Source of the DNA: Escherichia phage BF15
DNA: 64,000 bases
Sequence record: MW822007.1
Direction: 5' to 3' (one strand)
Position 1 is the stretch's first letter; each line of letters begins with the position of its first letter. A model generated the notes under the pieces. It did not search any database and had not been told where the DNA came from. It saw nothing but the letters and a program-made list of their open reading frames with translations. Below, one piece after another: positions 52,187 through 62,340 of the stretch. The position numbers and the translations under genes were made by a program.

Positions 52187-52644
52187 TAATATGCCTGCAA
52201 AACGAATTTAAAATTATCAGCCAACATACGGTTCATTTCTTCAAGTGTTTGATACTCAGAATGATGATTACGAGTAAACGCTAAAGCTAACTGTCCTTTT
52301 CCAAATCCCGTCGTCAGAGGTTTCATCTTAGAAGCAGGCAGATAAAATACTGTGTATGGAACATTGTTATTTGCAATAGTACGTGCAAGCTGAGATCGAC
52401 GTTGACGAATATGACTTAGAACTGCACTGAATCCTTGCTTAGAACGCTGATTACCTACATAAAATCGTGCTGACACACATGGATTACTAAATGGACGACC
52501 ATCTAATTTACTTACTAAAAAGTAAAATCCAGGTTTAGATAAAATATCTTTATGCGGAGTTCCCAAAAACCACTCACCACCCTTGATTGTACCAATAACA
52601 GTAGCGCCTGCGTTGTTCAGATCAGTAACAGTCATGTATTTCAT
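52186..52644 (-). CDS. ndd: Nucleoid disruption protein Ndd
   Basis: 151 aa from internal Met; [26 protein letters not shown]... Confidence 0.9.
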
Positions 52645-52702
52645 ATTAATTTCCTCTAAATTATTTTCTACTCCATGGCCGCATGAATACGCGGCCATTA
52701 AA

Positions 52703-52918
52703 TTAATCGTCGCAGTCGACGCTCAATTCCCAAAACTCTTCTACGGTATAAGTTTCAGTATCATTTTCAATACAGAAACGTTCATTACTGTTATTTGCTA
52801 AAGTAGCATTAACTGTCGGTTTCTCGCTAGTGCTCTTAAGAGGTGAAATACGAATTAACTGATCACCGTTATCTAAACAGAAAATTTCACCAACTTTTAC
52901 ATCTTTAAAGATTTTCAT
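52703..52918 (-). CDS. Hypothetical protein
   Basis: 71-aa track ORF. Confidence 0.5.
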   Translation of the reverse strand: MKIFKDVKVGEIFCLDNGDQLIRISPLKSTSEKPTVNATLANNSNERFCIENDTETYTVEEFWELSVDCDD

Positions 52919-53033
52919 AATTCACCTCAAGGAGTATAAAATCCGAATGCAGTTGTTGACCATCCCATCCAATATGGGAAATTTGCACCAATGTAAAACA
53001 TGAGAATATAAAACCAACCACTCAGCAAATTCA

Positions 53034-53252
53034 TCATTTTACACCATTCCAAATTGTTTCAACTACAGATTTTAAGCCATTTTGATGAATGTCCATTCCG
53101 ACAACTGCCATCAAATAGATTCCAACTACAACTGAACCTAAGGCGAAAATCAGCATGAAAATGAATAAAGCCGGAAAAATATTATCGAAAAACCATTCAA
53201 TAAATGTAAAAGCACTGCGTTTACGCTTCATATTTTCCTCACATAAATCCAA
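53034..53252 (-). CDS. Hypothetical small membrane protein
   Basis: 72 aa with a hydrophobic core. Confidence 0.5.
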   Translation of the reverse strand: MDLCEENMKRKRSAFTFIEWFFDNIFPALFIFMLIFALGSVVVGIYLMAVVGMDIHQNGLKSVVETIWNGVK

Positions 53253-53352
53253 AGTAAGCGTTTAATACATCAATCATTAAAACGATTGGGAATATACTCA
53301 AAACTACTAGTATTATAACTACATTCCATATAGCTTTAACAATCTTTTTCAT
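53239..53352 (-). CDS. Tiny membrane protein (37 aa); the track ORF is over-extended
   Basis: MKKIVKAIWNVVIILVVLSIFPIVLMIDVLNAYFGFM preceded by GGAGGAACAGAAAATG; an early promoter lies inside the longer track ORF. Confidence 0.4.
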   Translation of the reverse strand: MKKIVKAIWNVVIILVVLSIFPIVLMIDVLNAYFGFM

Positions 53353-53380
53353 TTTCTGTTCCTCCGTAGTTGATAGGGTA

Positions 53381-53410
53381 ATAGTACCACGGAAGAACAG
53401 TCTTGTAAAC
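53381..53410 (-). promoter_or_regulatory. T4-type early promoter
   Basis: Minus strand GTTTACAAGACTGTTCTTCCGTGGTACTAT. Confidence 0.5.
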
Positions 53411-53632
53411 AACTTTTTTAAAAATATTCGTAATAAATGTGAATACCAACTACTACCGCTGAAACCTGTGCAACCCACCACGCGCAAGCAATAAGTACAG
53501 AATTCATAATTTTCATAATAACCTCATTACAAAAGTAAATGTTAAACAAATTACTGGAATACTAATTAACCAAACAAAACACCACCATAGTGAACTCATA
53601 GTTCAATCTCAACCATTTTCATTTCATTTTAC

Positions 53633-53839
53633 TCAATAATCCGCTAAAAGATCAACGATTGCATCACGAAGACACTTATTCGCAATACGTTTAAGAGCGA
53701 TTTCAGCTTCTGGAGCATTTTGAATAATCATTGAATTCAATTCAGCTTCAGCAAACTGAAGTTCTTTAACTAATTCAGCTTTATATTTTCCTTGCCCTTT
53801 CTTAGCTTTTGCTCGTTTTAGTTCAGCTGTAGTAAACAT
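53633..53839 (-). CDS. Hypothetical protein (68 aa from internal ATG)
   Basis: Track ORF 53633..53851; GGAGAATAAAATG precedes the internal Met. Confidence 0.55.
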   Translation of the reverse strand: MFTTAELKRAKAKKGQGKYKAELVKELQFAEAELNSMIIQNAPEAEIALKRIANKCLRDAIVDLLADY

Positions 53840-53873
53840 TTTATTCTCCAAATCCGTATCAGTTGATAGTTGT

Positions 53874-53903
53874 ATAGTACCACAGTCCTTGTGGTATGTA
53901 AAC
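53874..53903 (-). promoter_or_regulatory. T4-type early promoter
   Basis: Minus strand GTTTACATACCACAAGGACTGTGGTACTAT. Confidence 0.55.
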
Positions 53904-53918
53904 CGTTTTGTGAATTTT

Positions 53919-54476
53919 TTAAATGGAAAGATACCATCCGTTGTAGTTGCTTTTTCTTACAACCTTACGAAGGTCTTCTCTGTCACCGATGAACTTCGGA
54001 GTGTACTGGATGACACCTGGATGAATTTCTTTAGTGTTGAATATAATTATACAGTCAGCGACTTGATGATTTAGAATGGGCCCTAGATTTATTCCAGAAC
54101 CATATGGATACTCTCCGCTGCATCCTGTTGTTACCGAAATCCAACGTGAGTCAGTTTGATGTGTCTTAACTTCTACACGAAGCCCACAGTATTTTGGATG
54201 TGCTAAAACATCCCATGCATATGTGTACGGATCATCGACATCTTCTTGGCCTTTATTGACATATCCGCTTAGCCAATCTGCCACAAAAAACTCTGCGTAC
54301 ACAGCGATACGGCATCTTTCGATAACTTCTGCTTTATCCTGGTTCGGGTTTTGTTTTAAAGAGTATCTTGCTGTATCAGCAATTTTGACCTTCATTTCAC
54401 TAGTCAAGTCACTGTTCGATAGGGTAAATGTCGGAATCTGAAATAGTCTCTGTAAACCCGGATTCGTTTTCTGCAT
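53919..54476 (-). CDS. denB: Endonuclease IV
   Basis: 185 aa as in T4; between ndd cluster and rIIB. Confidence 0.8.
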   Translation of the reverse strand: MQKTNPGLQRLFQIPTFTLSNSDLTSEMKVKIADTARYSLKQNPNQDKAEVIERCRIAVYAEFFVADWLSGYVNKGQEDVDDPYTYAWDVLAHPKYCGLRVEVKTHQTDSRWISVTTGCSGEYPYGSGINLGPILNHQVADCIIIFNTKEIHPGVIQYTPKFIGDREDLRKVVRKSNYNGWYLSI

Positions 54477-54558
54477 TTAGACTTTCCTTTATGTCGGAAT
54501 CACTGATATTCATATAAATCATAATTTCTCTTAAAACAAAAGGGCCGAAGCCCTTATT

Positions 54559-54753
54559 TTATTTGAATTGTGCAATTCTTTTCTCTAAACAGTCAGCGTA
54601 AGATTTCATTGAGATGAACTGCGAAAGTAGCAGTTCTTGCTCAACTGCACTAACTGTTAGAAACTTTGCGCTTTCTAAAAATTTACTCAGTGCATTAATT
54701 TTGAGCATTAATTGATCGTATTCTTCTTTTACTCGTGCTTGATAACCTAACAT
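54559..54753 (-). CDS. Hypothetical protein flanked by near-identical hairpins
   Basis: 64-aa track ORF; AGGGCC-GAAG-CCCTTATTT hairpins at about 54538..54558 and 54764..54785. Confidence 0.5.
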   Translation of the reverse strand: MLGYQARVKEEYDQLMLKINALSKFLESAKFLTVSAVEQELLLSQFISMKSYADCLEKRIAQFK

Positions 54754-54781
54754 AATTTTCCTTAGTTAAGGGCCGAAGCCC

Positions 54782-55720
54782 TTATTTAAATTGTTCAGTA
54801 ACGTCTTCAACTACTTCGTATTGGCAGGTACGCATTTTAGCGTCGTTGTAATCAATCGGAATTGATACTACATCGCGAGGATGTACTTTAACTTTTACAA
54901 CTCGGCTAGTTGAACTGCCAAAGTGACGAATATAAGATTTAGAACACACGTGCAGACCACGAGAACAAGTTTGTGTATCATCGTCATTCACACGAGTACG
55001 TGGCATTTTAACTACTTTACCAGGACTGTTATCAAAGGTATTTGAGTGGCAGTCAAAGTAATTGCTGCGAACTACTTTCCAAGCATAGAAGTAACCATCT
55101 TCTGTAATTTCAATATCGTTTGCTACCAAGAAATCAAAGAGTCGAGACACCGCTTTTTGGCTTGGATTTTCCAGCAGATTTTCCAAGAACGGAAAATAAA
55201 ATTCAAAGTTTTCGCCTTTTTCCATCGAATCGAGAATACGATCAACTAAACCAGACCGCAATTCAATGTTTTGATAGAACAAGCTTCCACCTTCAATTCG
55301 AACATCACCGGAAATATATTTTTCAACAGCGCGACGAACATTAATTTTTTGTGCCGCTTCTTCCAACTTATCCGCTACAAGCAGATTAAGAATTTCCTGG
55401 AAGTTTGAATGAGTATTAGGAGTTGCGTTATAAGTTACACCGTCAACAGTAATTGAAATGAATTTTTTAGATGCATTCCAAATAATGTCAGATTTAGCAA
55501 CTGGAGCAATAACTGCATCGCTATTAACTTTAACTGTAATATCACCGCTAATAGTAACTTTAGAGCGTTTAGCTTCTTCAGCATTTTTCAAAACACGACG
55601 GATTGTGTCAACCGATACACCTTGCCAATCAGCCAATTCCTGTTGGGTGTAATTACCACTTGAATACAGCTTAACAATTTCAGCTTGTTCGTTTTTGGTC
55701 AGGCATTTAATATTGTACAT
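54782..55720 (-). CDS. rIIB: rIIB protein
   Basis: 312 aa as in T4; adjacent to rIIA. Confidence 0.9.
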   Translation of the reverse strand: MYNIKCLTKNEQAEIVKLYSSGNYTQQELADWQGVSVDTIRRVLKNAEEAKRSKVTISGDITVKVNSDAVIAPVAKSDIIWNASKKFISITVDGVTYNATPNTHSNFQEILNLLVADKLEEAAQKINVRRAVEKYISGDVRIEGGSLFYQNIELRSGLVDRILDSMEKGENFEFYFPFLENLLENPSQKAVSRLFDFLVANDIEITEDGYFYAWKVVRSNYFDCHSNTFDNSPGKVVKMPRTRVNDDDTQTCSRGLHVCSKSYIRHFGSSTSRVVKVKVHPRDVVSIPIDYNDAKMRTCQYEVVEDVTEQFK

Positions 55721-55731
55721 AATTTTCCTTA

Positions 55732-57909
55732 TTAGGCCGCAAGGGCCTTCATAGTTTTAGCGATTTGGGAAACTTCATCATCACTTAAAGAGTTGCGATA
55801 TCCGATGAAGTCGGAAACAATACGGAATTTCTTGGTAAACTCAGCAACCATTTTATCACTGTTTTTTGAAGCATTATTTGATAATACATCAAAAAGATTA
55901 GTTACTGTCCAGATGTCATGACCGATGGTATCTTTTCCACCATTAAAATATACACCCTGTAATGAACTAACCATATTAGCAAGTCGTGTATATTCTTCAG
56001 AAACTTCATCTACGCTGAAGTACTTCATCATAAAATCTAATTCAGGATACTTGATAATTTTATCAATATATCGTTTAGCTGAACTTGAATAACCTACATA
56101 CTTATCATAATCTACATCATCAAAAGCATCTACATATAAATCACGCAAAGCTTCAAAAATACATTGGCACTGACCGAGTTCTTTTACCTTTTTCTGTAAA
56201 AGCGGACGAATAACATAAAATTCATTAATGCCAATAAGATTAGCCATACGAATCAAAATATTCATAGATGGATGACAAAGAGATGTAGTACCATCCATAG
56301 AGAAAATATCAGAACGATGCATATACGCTACATAACCAGTAATTTCATCTGCTTCTGACGTGAGCGTAAATAGTTCCTCTTTTTCCCATCGCCCATCTTT
56401 AATTTCAAATTTAAATGCTGTAGCAGCTTTAGGACGAGGAGCTTTACTTTTAACTACCTTTGGAATATAGCTTTTAACTAAAGCTTCAATTTCTGACAAA
56501 TAATGAATGTTAACTTCATCACTTTCAAACATCGCCATAATATCAGGGAGTAAATCAATCTGCGATTCTACTTCTGGATTAATAAACAGAAGACGCTCAT
56601 TGTGATGAATATTCAAAGTGTTATTAAATTCACTATCATCTAACGCATGTGCTAATCCACGAACAATATTAACACGATTTTTAATATCATCAATAACGAT
56701 ATTAATTTTTGTTGTATTAATACCAAACAGACGATAACTTGATGCAACGGCTGAAGTTTCATGACTTTGCTTAATGCGCTTCAGTCGAGGGTCAAGATTT
56801 ACTTCATACACAACTCCTGCATTGCATAACTTACTGTCAGGTTCAAACATGCTCTGCATCTTTTTATATGACAGATTTTTAGTCGTGAATTTAACTGAAT
56901 TACTAATCATATAATCTCGAGCAGAATACCCCATCTTCATCAATTCACGATATGTGTGACGAGGAGATGTAGATTCTTTAAATCGTTTTACATCTTCATT
57001 AAATGCTTTCTCACTGAGTTCTTTAACTCGTTCAATAATATTTTTACGAGTACGATCATCCAGCGAAAGAGCCTCGCGAGATGGAGCAATATCAAGTGAA
57101 CCCATTGGAAACTTAATGTAATTCACTTCATTGCGAATGCTTAGCCAGTTACGGTCTCTAATAACACCATCGATAGGATAAACAATACCGCCATAGATAG
57201 CATACAATCCGCCGCGATCTGGCCAGTATCTTTCTGGATTTACACCGTAATAGTCGTCAAAATCCGGAAAATAATCAATTTCGCGGTCAAGACCATTAAT
57301 GATAGCCAAATCTTTGAATGGTCGCATGATATAAGAAACTTCATAAGCAAAGTTTCTAAAGTCTTTTTCTTCAACTGGAACTACGATTTCAATACCAGTT
57401 TTATCATCTGGACCCATTTCTTTTACGAATGTAGGTTTAATCTGTGGACCATCACCGTCCATATAAGCTACATAACCACGAATTTCACCTTTATGGTATG
57501 AAGTAATACTAAACGTATCAGTATAACTAAATGGAGATTTAGAACCTAAACCAAATCCGCCAATAAAGTCATTAGATTCAGCCTTAGATGAACTAAAGTA
57601 TGAATTATACAACCCAGGAGAATTATCATCACCTTGAATATCAAAATCACTCATACCCGGACCAAAATCTCGACAAACAAATCGTGGGTCTAAACGTCCA
57701 GGAACTTGTATGATAAATTTTTCAGGATTTCCATTAAGTGCATGGGCATCAATCATGTTAGTAATTAATTCACGGACTACTGCGCGAATCTTGTTTGTAT
57801 ACAAATCAGATGACAGAATTTTAAATACTTTAGGATTTGCTGCGATGCTAAATGCTTTTGATTTAGAACCATTACCAAGAATTGTTTCTTTTTCAGTGGT
57901 GATAATCAT
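55732..57909 (-). CDS. rIIA: rIIA protein
   Basis: 725 aa as in T4; synteny. Confidence 0.9.
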   Translation of the reverse strand: MIITTEKETILGNGSKSKAFSIAANPKVFKILSSDLYTNKIRAVVRELITNMIDAHALNGNPEKFIIQVPGRLDPRFVCRDFGPGMSDFDIQGDDNSPGLYNSYFSSSKAESNDFIGGFGLGSKSPFSYTDTFSITSYHKGEIRGYVAYMDGDGPQIKPTFVKEMGPDDKTGIEIVVPVEEKDFRNFAYEVSYIMRPFKDLAIINGLDREIDYFPDFDDYYGVNPERYWPDRGGLYAIYGGIVYPIDGVIRDRNWLSIRNEVNYIKFPMGSLDIAPSREALSLDDRTRKNIIERVKELSEKAFNEDVKRFKESTSPRHTYRELMKMGYSARDYMISNSVKFTTKNLSYKKMQSMFEPDSKLCNAGVVYEVNLDPRLKRIKQSHETSAVASSYRLFGINTTKINIVIDDIKNRVNIVRGLAHALDDSEFNNTLNIHHNERLLFINPEVESQIDLLPDIMAMFESDEVNIHYLSEIEALVKSYIPKVVKSKAPRPKAATAFKFEIKDGRWEKEELFTLTSEADEITGYVAYMHRSDIFSMDGTTSLCHPSMNILIRMANLIGINEFYVIRPLLQKKVKELGQCQCIFEALRDLYVDAFDDVDYDKYVGYSSSAKRYIDKIIKYPELDFMMKYFSVDEVSEEYTRLANMVSSLQGVYFNGGKDTIGHDIWTVTNLFDVLSNNASKNSDKMVAEFTKKFRIVSDFIGYRNSLSDDEVSQIAKTMKALAA

Positions 57910-57919
57910 AATTTCCTCA

Positions 57920-58123
57920 TTAATTCATATTACGCTTAATAACTTCGGCAACTTCTAGTAGTTCATCTTTAGTTGCGGTGTCGGATTGAATTTTATCTCT
58001 AATATCCTTAAAGCGGTTTTTAAATTCTTCGGCTTCTCCCATATCGAAAAAGCGTTGAATGATTCTATATTCTCGATGAACTGCTTTATCAAAAAGTTCT
58101 AAATTTACTTTATATGATTTCAT
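57920..58123 (-). CDS. Hypothetical protein (rIIA.1 position)
   Basis: 67-aa track ORF. Confidence 0.6.
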   Translation of the reverse strand: MKSYKVNLELFDKAVHREYRIIQRFFDMGEAEEFKNRFKDIRDKIQSDTATKDELLEVAEVIKRNMN

Positions 58124-58148
58124 TTCAATATCCTCATTTGTCCAATTA

Positions 58149-58178
58149 ATTATACCACATCCTTGTGGTAAAGTAAAC
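58149..58178 (-). promoter_or_regulatory. T4-type early promoter
   Basis: Minus strand GTTTACTTTACCACAAGGATGTGGTATAAT. Confidence 0.55.
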
Positions 58179-58710
58179 TACTGGCTCATCCATTCTTTAC
58201 GAAGGTCAGCGTTATCTCCCATGAGCATTTCAAAAAGCTCTTTCCAGTTCTCAGGAAGTTTAACAACATCATATACTGGGTTTTGAATCATCTCACGATA
58301 TTCAGATTTTTCCAAAGAGCCAAGTCCCTTAATATAACGGATGCTATGTTTAGGTAGAGCATCTTTAGCACTCTCATATTCAGCGACTGTATAAAACCAT
58401 TCTTGTTTTTTACCGACCTGAGCGATGATTACAGGAGTTTTGACAAAGCGAATTCGTCCTTGCTCAAACAATTCTGGCCAATTACTAAAAAATCCGAGCA
58501 GAGAAGGATAAATAGAACCTAATCCAATAATCTCTTAATTATGAGGTATTTCTATAGATAGCCCGAAGGCTATCCATCGTGATCTGCGTCTGTCATAATA
58601 GCGACATTCGCATAGTTCATTGAAGAGGATTTAATAGAACGACGAACATTGTTCTGCAATTTATATTTTTTCATATCAACGCTAGAAGAATCAATTTTTA
58701 CAAATTTCAT
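58178..58710 (-). CDS. 60: Topoisomerase II small subunit gp60, made by translational bypass of a 50-nt coding gap
   Basis: 46-codon segment MKFVKIDSS...TDADHDG ends GGA-UAG; second segment LGSIYPSLLGFFSNWPELFEQGRIRF... resumes after a matching GGA; the track splits it into 58570..58761 and 58178..58471. Confidence 0.9.
58523..58572 (-). other. 50-nt non-decoded coding gap of gene 60 (take-off GGA, UAG stop, take-off hairpin, landing GGA)
   Basis: Minus strand GAU-GGA-UAG-CCUUCGGGCUAUCUAUAGAAAUACCUCAUAAUUAAGAGAUUAUUG-GA-UUA; UUCG tetraloop hairpin at take-off. Confidence 0.9.
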
Positions 58711-59509
58711 TATACACCTCATAGAACTTTTCATCAGGAATCCAACCGCGTTTAAATTCATTAAATGCTCGGCCGAATAATTTTGAATTCACAGTTATAT
58801 TATTAACTGATTTCCATTTAGCAACTCCCGTTCGTTTATAATGATCGGGGTCATATTTCGTGACGTACCATTCATATAAATTTGGTATTAATTTTACAGC
58901 CTCTGGATTTGTCGCTGATTTATTATACCATGGTTTCGCTTTTTCAAGTTCAGCTGCTTTTGCAGTAGCAGCAACAGTATTTCCAATACCAACTAATTTT
59001 TCAGCTTTAATGCGTGGATCATTAACATGAAGACGAAAAACTTCGCCTTTTTCATTTTTAAAGCATGTCATGCCTTTAATTCCAGGAAGCTTAACACCTT
59101 TATTAACACCGCACCATTCCTTTGGGTTAAATGATCCTTTAATTAATAAGGCGCATTTACCCGATTTAATACTTCTCATTAAAACTTTATCTTTCATAAA
59201 GTTTTTTGACCATTCAGATACTGCTCTTTGATGGTAAATTCTAGCAATTTCATATAATTTACTAGAACGTAAATATTTTTCAGTGTTTAACATTCTATTC
59301 ATCGCATATGCCATTTCACGATTACGATGAATTTTATATAGTAGAAAATGTGCTAAAAAATGTTCACGAAAAGTCAGTTTCACCAAATTTTCTTTATCAT
59401 CAGAACCTCCCATTGATCTTGGAAGGATATGATGAATTTCACCCTTAAATTTAGAAACGCGGGTTTTACCCCGCACTATTAAGTCATTATAGATTTTTTC
59501 GTAATTCAC
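58691..59509 (-). CDS. mobA: HNH homing endonuclease between genes 39 and 60
   Basis: 272 aa; EIHHILPRSMGGSDDKENLVKLTFREHFLAH HNH motif; non-ATG start in the track. Confidence 0.75.
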   Translation of the reverse strand: MNYEKIYNDLIVRGKTRVSKFKGEIHHILPRSMGGSDDKENLVKLTFREHFLAHFLLYKIHRNREMAYAMNRMLNTEKYLRSSKLYEIARIYHQRAVSEWSKNFMKDKVLMRSIKSGKCALLIKGSFNPKEWCGVNKGVKLPGIKGMTCFKNEKGEVFRLHVNDPRIKAEKLVGIGNTVAATAKAAELEKAKPWYNKSATNPEAVKLIPNLYEWYVTKYDPDHYKRTGVAKWKSVNNITVNSKLFGRAFNEFKRGWIPDEKFYEVYNEICKN

Positions 59510-61037
59510 CTACTGTTATCCATTTACCATTAATCTGTACTTCATCATTTTCATTTACGATAATTGTATCGCCATTTAGTTCGAAAGTAAACCACTCGCC
59601 ATCTTCTTTTTCTTCAAACGCCTTTTCACCGAGAACTAGACCAGTGATTGCGCAAATATCAAATAGTTCTTTGTTTTTAAGCATATCTGCATAAGACATA
59701 CCCCAACTGTTGAGAACTTTACCGCGCAATGGATAACCACCATGAAGTTCTTTATCACGAACATCAATAAGATATCCGATAGCAGAATCACCCTCAGTCA
59801 AGAAAAGAGTAGTGTCAGCATCTTTACCGCAAAGATTCGCTTTGATATGTTTATGAACCTTAGCTTTAGAAGCCTTTTTAGCTGCTTTAGTTTCTGCTGC
59901 TTTTTCTGCCGCCAATTTACGAGCCAAAGCAGCTTCAATAATCGGCATCAAAATCGCTTCATTATTTAGAATAGCACGTGAAATCTTTTTAGCATCAAGT
60001 TGAATATGACTACGGATTTCGCCAAATGGAGAAGTCAAACGCTCTTTAGTTTGAGAATCAAATCGCATGTTTTTCATATCACGAACAAACATAATGATAG
60101 TCAAACATTCTTTAACACGTGCTTTAGTCACATCAATTTTGAACTTACGTTTGATTTGTGGAATAAGGTCTTCACAAATATCATCCATAACACAGTCAAT
60201 GTGATGGCCACCATTCTTAGTGTGGATGTTATTGACGTATGTTAATTGACGAAAACCATCCGGTGAACGACCAACTGCAATAGAACAGTTTTCTTGTTCT
60301 TGAACGATAGCATGCTCATCATACTGTCGTGCATATTTCTTAAAATTGCCCTGAACCTTTTTACCATTAAAGGTAAATTGAATATCAGGATAAACAACAG
60401 CAAGTGTCTGGAGACGATCTAGTGTAATGTCAAGATAAACTTGGGACAGCTCATTAGTTTCAAATGACATAAAATCGGGAATGAAAGTAACACGAGTTCC
60501 TTTCCATTTTCCAGGAATATCTTCCCATGATTTATTTTCCATGCCATTTGAACAACGAACTACAATATTATTTTGACCATCACCAGTTTCACCGACAAAC
60601 ATCACAGAAAAAATGTTTGTCAAACTAGAACCAACACCATTCATACCGCCAGTGACGCGTTCTTTATCATCACCGAAGTTACCACCTGCTTTTGGAATAG
60701 TCCATGCAGCAACAGGACCAGGAATTTCTTCACCGGTAGGTGTTTTAACCATCGCTTGTGGAATACCACGACCGTTATCTTCAACTGTTACTTGATTGTT
60801 TTTAATAGTAACATTAATTTTATTTGCGAATTTAAACTTAGTACGAATACTTTCATCTACTGAGTTATCGATAATTTCATCAATAAGCTTAACAAGACCA
60901 GGTACATACTGAACACTTTCCCATTTACCAAACAGAAAGCGCTCATGCATTTCATTAGCAGAAGAGCCAATATACATGCCGCTACGCTTTTTGATATGTT
61001 CAATATCGCTCAGAATTTTAATTTCATTCTTAATCAT
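59487..61037 (-). CDS. 39: Topoisomerase II large (ATPase) subunit gp39
   Basis: 516 aa from second Met; GHKL ATPase motifs (IIDNSVDE, DNGRGIP). Confidence 0.9.
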   Translation of the reverse strand: MIKNEIKILSDIEHIKKRSGMYIGSSANEMHERFLFGKWESVQYVPGLVKLIDEIIDNSVDESIRTKFKFANKINVTIKNNQVTVEDNGRGIPQAMVKTPTGEEIPGPVAAWTIPKAGGNFGDDKERVTGGMNGVGSSLTNIFSVMFVGETGDGQNNIVVRCSNGMENKSWEDIPGKWKGTRVTFIPDFMSFETNELSQVYLDITLDRLQTLAVVYPDIQFTFNGKKVQGNFKKYARQYDEHAIVQEQENCSIAVGRSPDGFRQLTYVNNIHTKNGGHHIDCVMDDICEDLIPQIKRKFKIDVTKARVKECLTIIMFVRDMKNMRFDSQTKERLTSPFGEIRSHIQLDAKKISRAILNNEAILMPIIEAALARKLAAEKAAETKAAKKASKAKVHKHIKANLCGKDADTTLFLTEGDSAIGYLIDVRDKELHGGYPLRGKVLNSWGMSYADMLKNKELFDICAITGLVLGEKAFEEKEDGEWFTFELNGDTIIVNENDEVQINGKWITVGELRKNL

Positions 61038-61086
61038 CACTTATCCTCGTTTGGTTTCGGGAATATTATACTCCGGTAATCATAAA

Positions 61087-61104
61087 GCTAAAGGCCCGAA
61101 GGCC
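61087..61104 (-). terminator. Tetraloop hairpin with T-run (minus strand)
   Basis: GGCC-CGAA-GGCC then TTTTATTT. Confidence 0.5.
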
Positions 61105-61106
61105 TT

Positions 61107-61367
61107 TTATTTAAAACGGATAGTCGAATCCTTGAAGAATAGACCAGAACATACGGTTCCTTCTACTTTCTGCCCGGTAGGTCCAATAGCACGAAATCCA
61201 GTGTGTTGGAAATCATTTTCAGAGCAACCGAACCAATTATATCCAGTGATTTCAATATTAGTAAAACCACTTGAAGACAAAACTTTAGTTGCATTATCAG
61301 CATCAGTGCATCCTACTAAAGACACTGCTAATACTAATGCTGCGATAGAACGATTAATATATTTCAT
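61107..61367 (-). CDS. Predicted small lipoprotein
   Basis: 86 aa; MKYINRSIAALVLAVSLVGC signal peptide with lipobox. Confidence 0.6.
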   Translation of the reverse strand: MKYINRSIAALVLAVSLVGCTDADNATKVLSSSGFTNIEITGYNWFGCSENDFQHTGFRAIGPTGQKVEGTVCSGLFFKDSTIRFK

Positions 61368-61369
61368 AA

Positions 61370-61546
61370 TTACCCTTTAAGCAAGTCGTAAAATCCGCCA
61401 TTCACATGCTTAGGAGCGGAAACTAACCGAATAGCAATCCGATGACAATCAGGACATACATCAGTATCTCTTTCAGAAATTTTCTTGATTTTTTCGTATT
61501 CTTTTGCACAGTCTTTGGATTGGCATTTATAATCATAAAGCGGCAT
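61370..61546 (-). CDS. Small zinc-ribbon protein (about 58 aa), below track cutoff
   Basis: Hand-translated MPLYDYKCQSKDCAKEYEKIKKISERDTDVCPDCH...; two CxxC pairs. Confidence 0.45.
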   Translation of the reverse strand: MPLYDYKCQSKDCAKEYEKIKKISERDTDVCPDCHRIAIRLVSAPKHVNGGFYDLLKG

Positions 61547-61548
61547 AA

Positions 61549-61953
61549 TTATTCCTTAAAGTGAGCTTTCAACATCTGATACAAGGACCATGCCTGTTCA
61601 TTATTTTCAATAGTAACTTTCATGACCGGGAATTCTGTGAAATCTTCTATTTGTTCTTGCTCTTCAACTGCCTGGTATGGATTTTCAACTTCATTAAAGA
61701 ATTCAGCTTCATTCGTTGAAAGCCAAATAAAATCTTCATCCAAAATATCTTTACCAGAAGATAGTACTAAATTTCCAGCAAATGACATAATTTTAATAGG
61801 ACGCCCAAGAGCATCCACATCTAAAATTTTAAAAGGATGCATACCTAAACGGCGTGCATAGATTCCGTTATCAGTATGGTCTTTAATAAAATTTTCTTGA
61901 GCTTGTTTATTTTTGAATTGATACCATTTATTAACTTCAAATTTAATAGCCAT
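61549..61953 (-). CDS. Hypothetical protein
   Basis: 134-aa track ORF. Confidence 0.55.
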   Translation of the reverse strand: MAIKFEVNKWYQFKNKQAQENFIKDHTDNGIYARRLGMHPFKILDVDALGRPIKIMSFAGNLVLSSGKDILDEDFIWLSTNEAEFFNEVENPYQAVEEQEQIEDFTEFPVMKVTIENNEQAWSLYQMLKAHFKE

Positions 61954-62168
61954 TAATAAATTTCCTTCCAGTAAGTTGTGCCGTTTTCAGTAATTTCACG
62001 AAATACACCATAAATTGGCTGTTTATCACCGACTTTCTCATATACATAAACCGAAGTCAAGTGAGTAAACTTGATAGTGTGTTCCTTTTGAACTACTACC
62101 AAATTTGGATCAAATAATACATCTTCAAATTCATCATTAGTGCAATTCTGAACAATTTTACGTTTCAT
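61953..62168 (-). CDS. Hypothetical protein (length and position of T4 cef)
   Basis: 71-aa track ORF between 39 and motB. Confidence 0.5.
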   Translation of the reverse strand: MKRKIVQNCTNDEFEDVLFDPNLVVVQKEHTIKFTHLTSVYVYEKVGDKQPIYGVFREITENGTTYWKEIY

Positions 62169-62340
62169 TACAATTTCCTCATTAATTGAACATTGGAGCG
62201 ATGCGTTTCAGAAGAGTATCAGCGCCTTTAACGAATTATCCATTTTATTCTCCAAGTTGTTTTCTGTATCAGTAGTTGATATTGATATAGTACCATAATC
62301 AACTACTGATGTATATAGTTTTATGAAAAAATTTTAAACT

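Noticed and set aside
53239-53487. 82-aa track ORF
   Set aside because: An early promoter (GTTTAC-N18-TACTAT) and a GGAGG ribosome-binding site lie inside it; the real gene is probably only the last 37 codons.
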